Shown here in pieces: positions 19,939-29,600 of a stretch of 64,000 nt of DNA. The stretch is from positions 896,001-960,000 of the forward strand of contig CBDBLO010000002.1 in the NCBI GenBank assembly GCA_965207075.1. Direction: 5' to 3'. Made by a program: the position numbers and the translations under genes. Each line of letters begins with the position of its first letter. Position 1 is the stretch's first letter. Origin of the DNA: Nitrosopumilus sp. (lineage in GTDB: Archaea; Thermoproteota; Nitrososphaeria; Nitrososphaerales; Nitrosopumilaceae). The notes under the pieces were generated by a model that saw only the letters and a list, made by a program, of their open reading frames with translations, did not search any database and was not told the DNA's origin.

Positions 19939-20820
19939 TTACTGCCCGGCGACGATGCTGAGTCTTGATCTCGCCGACACGACAATTACGGATACTATGG
20001 CCACTGCAAGTATCATGGCGGCGATGGCGCCAAACTCTGGCACTACTACGCCGTCTGCAATGTCCACCTCGGCAGACGCCGTGTACAACGGATCATCGTT
20101 CTGCTGTGCAGTTACCGTGTACATGCCGTCGCTCTTCCAGAGGTTGCCGCCCGTGATGATGATTGCATCATACATGCCGTCCAAGTTGGCCGTGGCCTGC
20201 TCTACCGTCACGACGTTGCCGTTTGGAGCCGTTACGGTCAGGGTTATGTCCTCGTTGAGCTTGTCCGTCATTCCAGTCACCATGATGGTGTTCGAGCCTA
20301 TCTCTCCGGTAGCCTCTATGGTAATTCCGGTCGGCTCGCGCATGCTGGCGGTCGTGTCATATACCATGAGCTTTTCAAGGTTCCCGTCTGTCATAGCGGT
20401 GGACTGGGCTGCCCCGCCGACGATCATTACTGGCAGGGACACCCTGTACTGGGAGGTCTCTGCGCTGATCCCGCCTGACGCCGTGACCGTGTACAGTCCG
20501 TCGGCCTTCCACAGCTGGCTGTCCGGATCGATGACAAACGACGTCTCAAACACGCCGTTGCCGTCTGGAGTGACCTGATCCACGCTGACCACGTTGAGGC
20601 CGTTAGGCGACGTTACGGTAAATGTAATGTCAGTCGGCATGGATTTTACTATGGTGCCCATGACCATAATGGTGTCCGATCCCTCGTCGGCCATCACCGT
20701 CATCTCGATTCCTTGCCCGTCGCTCTGTGCAAGGGCGGCCTGTTGCTGGGCCGGCATCGTTGCCAAAAGCGATACTGCAAGTAACGCTACTGTTATAGAC
20801 GTTAGTGAGCCTGCGTTCAT
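19939..20820 (-). CDS. PEFG-CTERM surface protein with two tandem Ig-like domains
   Basis: Internal repeat (TIMVxG...DITxTVTxPNG.NVVxVxQ...LWKxDGxYTVTA) twice; VVPEFGAIAAMILAVAIV. Confidence 0.9.
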   Translation of the reverse strand: MNAGSLTSITVALLAVSLLATMPAQQQAALAQSDGQGIEMTVMADEGSDTIMVMGTIVKSMPTDITFTVTSPNGLNVVSVDQVTPDGNGVFETSFVIDPDSQLWKADGLYTVTASGGISAETSQYRVSLPVMIVGGAAQSTAMTDGNLEKLMVYDTTASMREPTGITIEATGEIGSNTIMVTGMTDKLNEDITLTVTAPNGNVVTVEQATANLDGMYDAIIITGGNLWKSDGMYTVTAQQNDDPLYTASAEVDIADGVVVPEFGAIAAMILAVAIVSVIVVSARSRLSIVAGQ

Positions 20821-20832
20821 TGAATATTCAAT
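20819..20832. promoter_or_regulatory. 14-bp perfect palindrome ATTGAATATTCAAT abutting the start codon; candidate operator
   Basis: Perfect dyad between the minus-strand TTTAAATA box (~20851-20858) and ATG 20820. Confidence 0.5.
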
Positions 20833-21877
20833 CTTGCATTGTTATTTATGTATTTAAAAATTTCAGTGGCGCCACGCGGCACTCCTGCCTGCATTATGAT
20901 CCTGCTGACCGTACGGGCGCCACGCCCGTACCGGATCGCTACCGTGGGTGCGATCTGTCCCGATGCCCCGAGATCGCCCGGATCTGGCATTGGTGCCGCC
21001 ACCCGCGCGATCAGGGCCCGCGCCAGCACCGATCGGATACGATCATCTGCGCTGCATGGCCGCCTTTCCTCCCACACAAGCTTCCTCTCCTGCCGTATGC
21101 GCGGACCGTGACGGCCACCGCCACCGCCACCGCCACTACCGCTACTGGGAATACTCCCCCCGATCGCACGTGCCCTCATCCAAGCACGCGGAACCTGTTG
21201 CAGGCGCGCCCTGGCCGATGAGCTGTGGACTCGCACCGGCATTCTCACTACCTGGCATGCCGGTATGACAGACGCGCCCCAATCCCCCAATCCCTGATCC
21301 TCTTGCCGCTTGCGCTGCCGTCAACTCTGGGACACGCGGCCACCTTTTGCTTGGTTCGGTGCCTGCAAAGACATATGCCGCGGCGCCGGCTGGCCTTGTG
21401 AGGGCGACGGCCGCTTTGTCGATCGTGCCGCCACCGTACGGCCCCGTAAGCTCGTCTGTGCGTATGTCGCGCTGGTTGGATTGGGATCGGAATTGGAACC
21501 GGGATAACGTGCTAGGCTCCGGATGCTGGACCGGTACACGGCGGCGCAAGACTTGTTTGGCGGCGGCGCACGTGACGGCCGCCAAGTCCTACAACTTGAC
21601 GCTCGGTGTGCATTCGACACCGGACTGAATCGAGGCGCGCCCCGGCCGGGGGAGAATTCCTAATCCGTGATTGGCGCGCCCCGGCTCGCCCTGTTGTGCT
21701 TCATGTGCGAGCGCTGCGAGATCTCGCGCGGCTGTCCGCGATTGCCACTTGGTCATAACGTGCGGTGATCAAGGCGATCGTCCTGCGCAGCCCGTCTTGC
21801 GGCGCGGTGGGTAGCGGCCGCTCGCATCCTGCCGCACAGAAAAATAACAAACAAAAAAGAAAAAAAGAATATGACTA

Positions 21878-22753
21878 CTACAGCTTGGGGGCCATTATGC
21901 TAAGTCTGGACCTTGATGATACGACTATTGTCGCGACTATTGCGACTGCCAGTATCATCACTGCAATGACGCCGAACTCTGGAACAACCCAAGTGCCGAT
22001 TATCTCTATAATCTCAGCTCCGTACTCGAACTCTATGGTCACGGTCCTGCTCGTCTCCGTCGTATCCACGTCGAACTCGCGCTCCTCGCCGTCGATCAGG
22101 ATGAACAGGTCGCTGTCCTCGTCGCCCTCCATGGACTCTAGTATGGTCCTTGGGATGGTCATGGTCAGAACCCCGTCGTCGGTGGACTCTATGGTTATGA
22201 CCAACGAGTTTGACTCTACGTCGGGTACCACGCTGAGGATCTTTCCGCCCGTTATCTCGTAGGAGATGGTGTCGTCGGTGCCCTCCATGGTTATGGTGTC
22301 GTCACCAATGTTGGCCGCCACGCCGGGTCGTTCTGCGGGATCCATTGGATCCTCCCTTTCAGCCGCAATGAACTCGAACGTTGTGGTGGCCTCTACCGTC
22401 ATTATGGATCCGTACTGGGCGTTTACCGTGTACGTGCCGTCCCTGTTCATAGTGCCTCCCGCCTTTATCTCCGCCTCGAAGGTGCCGTCCCTGTTAACCG
22501 TGGACTGTGCGACCCCCGCGATGTTCTGGGAGTCGTCTGGCCCTACTATCTGTATGGTGACATCCCCGTCGCCGGACCTTGCCACTGCACCGCTTATCAT
22601 TATCGTGTCGCCCTCGTTGTACGTGGGCTTGTCGACTGAAACGGTGATTGGCTGGCTTATGTCGCCCATCATCTGTTGTCCGTATATTGGTGCGGTACTC
22701 AGACTGGCAATCATAATTGCAGAGAGAGCAAGCACCGATAGCTGGGTTTTCAT
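21878..22753 (-). CDS. PEFG-CTERM sorting-domain surface protein
   Basis: Signal peptide; VVPEFGVIAVMILAVAIVATIVVSSRSRL. Confidence 0.9.
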   Translation of the reverse strand: MKTQLSVLALSAIMIASLSTAPIYGQQMMGDISQPITVSVDKPTYNEGDTIMISGAVARSGDGDVTIQIVGPDDSQNIAGVAQSTVNRDGTFEAEIKAGGTMNRDGTYTVNAQYGSIMTVEATTTFEFIAAEREDPMDPAERPGVAANIGDDTITMEGTDDTISYEITGGKILSVVPDVESNSLVITIESTDDGVLTMTIPRTILESMEGDEDSDLFILIDGEEREFDVDTTETSRTVTIEFEYGAEIIEIIGTWVVPEFGVIAVMILAVAIVATIVVSSRSRLSIMAPKL

Positions 22754-22979
22754 ATACTTTACGCTCAGCCAGCTGTGCTAATTAATTCTTGTGAAAAATA
22801 TTCTTGACAAAAGAGCAAAAAATACTAAATCAACTCGTTCCTGCGATCGTGCGCGCATGAGTCCCGTGACGGCTGCCCGGGGCTGTCTACGTATATATTA
22901 GTCGTTACTTGACGCATGACTGCTTGTCTGTGTGTGCTATTCCTACAGCTAATGTTATTGTTCGTTGTGCTGGGCGGAG

Positions 22980-23240
22980 GTGCCTGGATTAGCCACCAAG
23001 AAGAGCCCCATTCTGGTGCCCGACCACGTCTACGTTCCAAAGCACGAGATAATCTCAAAGGAGGAAGCCGAGCGGATCCTTGCAAAGTACAACTGCAAGC
23101 CAACCGAGCTTCCCCTCATATTCGTCAGCGATCCGGCCATAATGGAGCTCGGGGTAAAGCCCGGTGACATGATAAGGATTACGAGGCGCAGCCCTACTGC
23201 AGGTGAGAGCATCTATTACAGATACGTGGTGGAGGCATAG
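22980..23240 (+). CDS. rpoH: RNA polymerase subunit H (Rpo5)
   Basis: HVYVPKHEI...LPLIFVSDP...GDMIRITRRSPTAGESIYYRYV. Start codon ambiguous (see findings). Confidence 0.95.
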   Translation: MPGLATKKSPILVPDHVYVPKHEIISKEEAERILAKYNCKPTELPLIFVSDPAIMELGVKPGDMIRITRRSPTAGESIYYRYVVEA

Positions 23241-26200
23241 TGGCGGACCCATCAATGAAGCGGTGGCCCATCATCGAGGACATCCTCAAGAGGGAGGGCA
23301 TTGCCAGGCAGCACCTCAACTCGTTTGACGAGTTCTTCGAGCACGGACTGCAGAGCATCATAGACGAGGTCGGGCACGTCGAGATCGAGAACGCCGAGTA
23401 CCCGTACAAGATACAGCTTGGAAAGATAAAGATAGAGAGGCCCCGGATGATGGAGCTTGACGGCTCCATCACGCACAGCTCGCCGGCCGAGGCCCGGCTG
23501 CGCAACGTCTCGTATGCGGCGCCCGTGATGATGGAGGCCAGGGTGGTGGAGGACAACAAGACGCTCGAGTCGCGCTTTGTGCACATCGGCGACGTGCCGG
23601 TAATGATAAAGTCGTCGAAATGCATACTGCGCAACTGCAACGACAGGAAGCTCATCGAGAAGGGCGAGGACAAGAACGACCCCGGCGGGTACTTTGTGAT
23701 AAACGGCTCTGAGCGCGTCATTGTGGGCTTGGAGGATCTCTCCTACAACAAGATCATCGTGGACCGCGAGATGGTGGGCGGAAACACGACCTTCAAGGCA
23801 AAGGTGTACTCGTCCATCGTGGGGTACAGGGCAAAGCTCGAGCTTGTGATGAAAAACGACGGGCTGATAGTGGCCCGCATACCCGGTTCGCCTGTCGACA
23901 TTCCCGTCATCACCCTCATACGCGCCCTCGGGCTAGAGTCCGACAAGGAGATCGCCGGAGTAGTCTCGCTAGTCGAGAAGGTCCAGGACGAGCTGGAGGC
24001 CTCCTTTGAGAAGTCCGGCGACGTGTCCACGTCAAAGGACGCCATAGTATACATCAGCAAGCGGATCGCGCCGGGGATGCTCGAGGAGTTCCAGATAAAG
24101 CGCGCCGAGACGCTTCTTGACTGGGGACTCCTGCCCCACCTGGGCAAGCACCCTGAGAACCGCAAGGAGAAAGCCCAGTTTCTCGGGGAGGCAGCGTGCA
24201 AGCTGCTGGAGCTAAAGCTGGGGTGGATCGCCCCGGACGACAAGGACCACTACGGCAACAAGGTCGTAAAGTTTGCCGGTCAGATGCTTGCGGACCTGTT
24301 CAGGACGGCCTTCAAGAACCTGATACGCGACATGAAGTACCAGCTGGAGCGCTCCGGGCAGAAGCGCGGCATAAACGCCGTCGCGGCCGCAATACGCCCC
24401 GGAATAATAACCGACAAGCTCAACAACGCGATCGCCACCGGCAACTGGGGGCGCGGACGCGTGGGCGTCACGCAGCTGCTCGACCGCACGAACTATCTGT
24501 CCACGATAAGCCACCTGCGCCGCATCCAGTCCCCGCTGAGCAGGACGCAGCCCAACTTTGAGGCCAGGGACCTGCACTCGACGCACTTTGGGCGCATATG
24601 CCCCAGTGAGACGCCGGAGGGCTCCAACTGCGGGCTGGTAAAGAACCTGGCCCTCTCGGGGATAATATCGATAAACGTGCCGTCCGACGAGATAGTCGAG
24701 AAGCTGTACGAGCTGGGCGTGGTGCACTTTTTTGACGCAAAGGAGGACGTCAAGCAGGCCGGCACCCGCATATTCGTGGACGGCAGGCTGATCGGATACT
24801 ACAGGGACGGCGCGGATCTTGCAAGGAACCTCAGGACCATGAGGCGCAGCACAAAGATACACCCGCACGTGGGTGTCTCGTTCCACGATTCGATCGTGGA
24901 GAGCGCCACAAAGCGCCTCTATGTCAACTGCAACGCCGGACGCGTCCTGCGCCCGCTGATAATAGTGGAGAACGGCAGGTCGAGGCTCACGCCGGAACTG
25001 CTTGAGAAGGTGACCGGCCGCACCAAGAACTGGACTGACCTGCTTCACGACGGCGTGCTTGAGCTGGTGGACGCAAACGAGGAGGAAAACTGCTACATTG
25101 CAATGGACGAGGACGCGATTACGGCCGGCAGCGGCGCGGAAGGACACACGCACTTGGAGGTCTTTGCGCCCGCGATACTCGGGGCGGGCGCGTCAATCAT
25201 ACCATACCCGGAGCACAACCAGTCGCCCCGTAACACGTACGAGTCGGCCATGGCAAAGCAGTCGCTGGGATTCTCAACCCCCATGATGAACACCAGCACG
25301 TACGTGCGGCAGCACTTTATGCTGTATCCGCAGACGCCGATCGTAAACACAAAGGCCATGAAACTGCTCGGACTGGAGGACAGGCCGGCGGGCCAGAACT
25401 GCGTGGTGGCGGTGCTTCCGTTTGACGGGTACAACATAGAGGACGCCATCGTGCTGAGCAAGGCGTCCGTGGACCGGGGACTGGGGCGCACGTTCTTTTA
25501 CCGCATATACGACGCGGAGGCAAAGCAGTATCCGGGCGGCGCCCGCGACTCGTTTGAGATACCGAGCGCGGACGACAACATACGCGGCTACAAGGGGGAG
25601 CGCTCCTACAGGCTGTTGGAGGAGGACGGGATAATAGCATCCGAGTCCACGGTAAAGGGCGGCGACATCCTGATCGGCAAGACGTCCCCGCCCCGGTTCA
25701 TGGAGGAGTTCAGGGAGTTTGAGCCCGGCGGCACGTACAGGCGCGACACGTCAGTCGGCATGAGGCCGTCGGAGAACGGGGTGGTCGACACCGTGGTGAT
25801 GACCCAGTCAAACGAGGGCGGGCGCATGTACAAGATCAGGGTCCGCGACATGCGGATCCCGGAGATTGGCGACAAGTTTGCCTCGCGGCACGGGCAGAAG
25901 GGCGTGCTGGGAATACTTGCAAACGCCGAGGATCTGCCGTATACTGCTCAGGGCATGTCACCGGACGTGCTGATCAACCCGCACGCGTTCCCGTCCCGCA
26001 TGACGGTCGGCATGATGATGGAGTCGATATGCGGCAAGTCCGCCGCGCTCCGGGGAAGGCGGTTTGACGGATCCGCCTTCGTGGGGGAGAAGATGGACGA
26101 GGTGAAGGAGGTCATGGACGCGCACGGGTTCAAGTACTCGGGCAAGGAGATGATGTATGACGGGCGCACCGGCAAGGCGTTCCCCGTCGAGGTCTTCATC

Positions 26201-26605
26201 GGTGTCGTATACTATCAGAAGCTGCACCACATGGTGGCCGACAAGATACACGCAAGGGCCAGGGGGCAGGTGCAGATGCTCACAAAGCAGCCGACCGAGG
26301 GCAGGGCCCGCGGAGGCGGCCTGAGGTTCGGCGAGATGGAGCGCGACTGCCTGATTGCGTACGGAGCCTCTATGATACTAAAGGACAGGCTGCTTGACGA
26401 GTCTGACAAGTCCGACGTGTTCGTATGTGAGAGGTGCGGGCTGGTCGCGTACCACGACATGCGGCAGCGAAAGTACGTGTGCCGCGTCTGCGGCGACAAG
26501 GCAAAGGTGTCGTCGGTCTCCGTGGCGTACGCGTTCAAGCTGCTGCTGCAGGAGATGCAGAGCCTCAACGTGGCGCCGCGTCTGCTCATAAAGGAGAGGG
26601 TGTAG
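23240..26605 (+). CDS. rpoB: RNA polymerase subunit B (Rpo2, unsplit)
   Basis: GYFVINGSERV, ETPEGSNCGLVK, GDKFASRHGQKG, GGLRFGEMERD, C-terminal Zn ribbon. Confidence 0.99.
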   Translation: MADPSMKRWPIIEDILKREGIARQHLNSFDEFFEHGLQSIIDEVGHVEIENAEYPYKIQLGKIKIERPRMMELDGSITHSSPAEARLRNVSYAAPVMMEARVVEDNKTLESRFVHIGDVPVMIKSSKCILRNCNDRKLIEKGEDKNDPGGYFVINGSERVIVGLEDLSYNKIIVDREMVGGNTTFKAKVYSSIVGYRAKLELVMKNDGLIVARIPGSPVDIPVITLIRALGLESDKEIAGVVSLVEKVQDELEASFEKSGDVSTSKDAIVYISKRIAPGMLEEFQIKRAETLLDWGLLPHLGKHPENRKEKAQFLGEAACKLLELKLGWIAPDDKDHYGNKVVKFAGQMLADLFRTAFKNLIRDMKYQLERSGQKRGINAVAAAIRPGIITDKLNNAIATGNWGRGRVGVTQLLDRTNYLSTISHLRRIQSPLSRTQPNFEARDLHSTHFGRICPSETPEGSNCGLVKNLALSGIISINVPSDEIVEKLYELGVVHFFDAKEDVKQAGTRIFVDGRLIGYYRDGADLARNLRTMRRSTKIHPHVGVSFHDSIVESATKRLYVNCNAGRVLRPLIIVENGRSRLTPELLEKVTGRTKNWTDLLHDGVLELVDANEEENCYIAMDEDAITAGSGAEGHTHLEVFAPAILGAGASIIPYPEHNQSPRNTYESAMAKQSLGFSTPMMNTSTYVRQHFMLYPQTPIVNTKAMKLLGLEDRPAGQNCVVAVLPFDGYNIEDAIVLSKASVDRGLGRTFFYRIYDAEAKQYPGGARDSFEIPSADDNIRGYKGERSYRLLEEDGIIASESTVKGGDILIGKTSPPRFMEEFREFEPGGTYRRDTSVGMRPSENGVVDTVVMTQSNEGGRMYKIRVRDMRIPEIGDKFASRHGQKGVLGILANAEDLPYTAQGMSPDVLINPHAFPSRMTVGMMMESICGKSAALRGRRFDGSAFVGEKMDEVKEVMDAHGFKYSGKEMMYDGRTGKAFPVEVFIGVVYYQKLHHMVADKIHARARGQVQMLTKQPTEGRARGGGLRFGEMERDCLIAYGASMILKDRLLDESDKSDVFVCERCGLVAYHDMRQRKYVCRVCGDKAKVSSVSVAYAFKLLLQEMQSLNVAPRLLIKERV

Positions 26606-29600
26606 ATGTCAGTGGAGACGGTAAAGACCATCGACAGCATCAGGTTTTCGGTGTGGTCGCCGACTGAGATACGCAAGTACTCCGTGGCCGAGGTGACGGC
26701 TCCCGAGACGTACGACGAGGACGGGATTCCGGTACAGGGCGGGCTGATGGACGGCCGGCTTGGCACGCTGGAGCCCGGACAGAAGTGCCTCACGTGCGGG
26801 AACACTGCCGCGAGGTGTCCGGGGCACTTTGGACACATCGAGCTTGCAGAGCCCGTGCTCCACATCGCGTTCATAGACAACATCCACAAGCTGCTCTTGT
26901 CGATGTGCCGCTCCTGCTCCCGGCTGAAGGTGCCGCAGGACGTGCTTGATGCGTTCCGCGCGGTAAAGCGCAAGGAGGCCGCGTACACCATAGTGTCCCA
27001 AAAGCGCATACCCGAGAAGATAATCGAGAAAGCCCGCAAGCAAAAGGACTGCCCCCACTGCGGCAAGTCCCAGTATGAGCTTATATTTACAAAGCCCACC
27101 ATATTCGTGGAGAAGACCGAGGCCGGCGAGAACAGGCTGCTGCCGATCACGATCCGCGAGCGCTTCTCGCAGATACTTGACGATGATCTCGAGCTGCTGT
27201 CCTACGACCCGACCACGGCGCGTCCCGAGTGGTTCGTCCTCCAGGCGCTGCCCGTCCCGCCCGTGACCGTGAGGCCCTCCATTATACTGGAGACCGGGAT
27301 ACGCTCCGAGGACGACCTGACGCACAAGATGGTCGACATAATACGCGTCAACCAGCGCCTCAAGGAGAGCAAGGAGGCCGGGACACCCCCCCTAATAGTG
27401 CAGGATCTCGTGGACCTGCTGCAATACCACACTACCACGTACTTTGACAACGAGGTCTCCGGCATACCGCAGGCGCACCACCGCTCCGGCAGGCCCCTCA
27501 AGACGCTGACGCAGCGCCTCAAGGGAAAGGAGGGAAGGTTCCGGGGCTCGCTGTCCGGCAAGCGCGTGGACTTTTCGAGCCGCACCGTGATATCCCCCGA
27601 CCCCAACCTGGACCTCTCCGAGGTGGGCGTCCCGGAGAGCGTCGCCATGAAGCTTACCATACCTGAGATAGTGACGGAGTGGAACATCGAGCACATGCGC
27701 AAGCTCATAATCAACGGGCCTGAAAAGTTCCCCGGCGTCAACTATATCGTCAGGCCCGACGGCGTAAAGATACGCCTCGACTTCGTGGACGACCGCAGCG
27801 GAATAGCCGAGTCCCTGGAGCGCGGGTACAGGGTGGAGCGGCACCTGTCCGACGGCGACATTGTGATGTTCAACAGGCAGCCGTCGCTGCACCAGATGTC
27901 CATAATGGCCCACTATGTGAGGGTGCTTCCGGGCAAGACGTTCCGGCTGCACCCGTCAGTGTGCCCCCCCTACAACGCGGACTTTGACGGTGACGAGATG
28001 AACCTGCACGTGCCGCAGAGCGAGGAGGCCCGCGCCGAGGCAATCCTGCTGATGAGGGTACAGGAGCAGCTGATATCGCCCAGATACGGCGGCCCCATCA
28101 TAGGGGCGCTGAGGGACTTTGTTACGGGCGCCTACCTGATGACCAAGGACGACACGCTGCTGTCCGTCTCGGAGTTCTCAAACCTGGCCATGCTCGGCGG
28201 GTACGACGGCAAGCTTCCAAAGCCCGCGGCCTCGATGCCTGTGGAGGGGGGGAGCAGAGGAGGCGGCAGCAGCAGGAAGGGAGAGCAGCCCGCGTATACT
28301 GGCAAGCAGCTCTTCTCGCTCTTCCTGCCCGCCGACTTTAACTACGTGATGACATCCAAGTGGTCCAAGGGCACGAAGGGCAAGCAGAACGACGTCGTGA
28401 TAAAGAACGGGCAGCTGATAAGCGGGGTCATCGACAAGACGTCCATCGGGGCGGAGGAGCCGGAGAGCGTGCTGCACCGAATCGCCAAGGACTATGGGAA
28501 CGACGTCGGCAAGAAGTTCCTCAACTCCATACTCATCATGGTCAAGCAGTTCATCACACACTACGGGTTCAGCTACGGCCTCGGGGACCTGGAGGTGCCG
28601 GAGGCCGACCGCAGACACATACTGGACGACATACGCGGCACGTACGACCAGGTGTCGGATCTGATCGGGCAGCACGAGGACGGCACCCTGAAGGTCACCC
28701 GCGGAATGCGCCCCGAGGAGGCGCTCGAGGCGTACATCGTAAACGAGCTTGGCAAGGCCAGGGACCGCGCAGGCTCGGCCGCGAACGACTCGATGCATGC
28801 TGACAACGCCGGCAAGATAATGGCCACCACGGGCGCACGCGGCTCGTCGCTCAACGTGGGGCAGATGGCCGGCGCCCTCGGGCAGCAGTCCAGGCGCGGC
28901 AACAGGCTCAACGACGGGTACAGCGACAGGGCCCTGCCCCACTTTAAGAGGCACGACAACAACCCCGACGCGCACGGGTTTGTAAAGTCCAACTACCGGG
29001 ACGGACTGTCCGCCCTCGAGTTCTTCTTCCACGCGATGGGCGGACGGGAAGGGCTTGTCGACACGGCCGTCCGCACGCAGCAGAGCGGCTACATGCAGCG
29101 GCGCCTGATAAACGCGCTGGAGCACATCAGGCTCGAGTATGACGGGACGGTCAGGGACCCGCACGGGCACATAATACAGTTCATGTACGGCGAGGACGGC
29201 ATCGACGTCGCAAAGAGCGACCACGGCGAGGCGTTCAACGCGCGCAGGCTCACCGAGTCGCAGACTATAGTGGACACCGGGGCCAAGGCCACAAGGGCCG
29301 AGCTTGACGCGCTGGTCGCCAAGTATACAAAGACGTTCAATCCGAGGCTCGCATCGCACGTGGCCGACGCGCTGCACAGCTCCGGACTCAGCAAGGCGGG
29401 GGCAGAGGCCGTCTGCAAAAAGGGGCTCCTGCTGTACAACAAGGCAAAGGTCGAGCCGGGACAGGCCGTCGGCATCGTCACGGCGCAGTCGATAGGGGAG
29501 CCCGGCACGCAGATGACGCTCCGGACCTTCCACTTTGCCGGGATCCGGGAGCGCAACGTCACGCTGGGACTGCCCCGGCTCATCGAACTGGTCGACGCGC

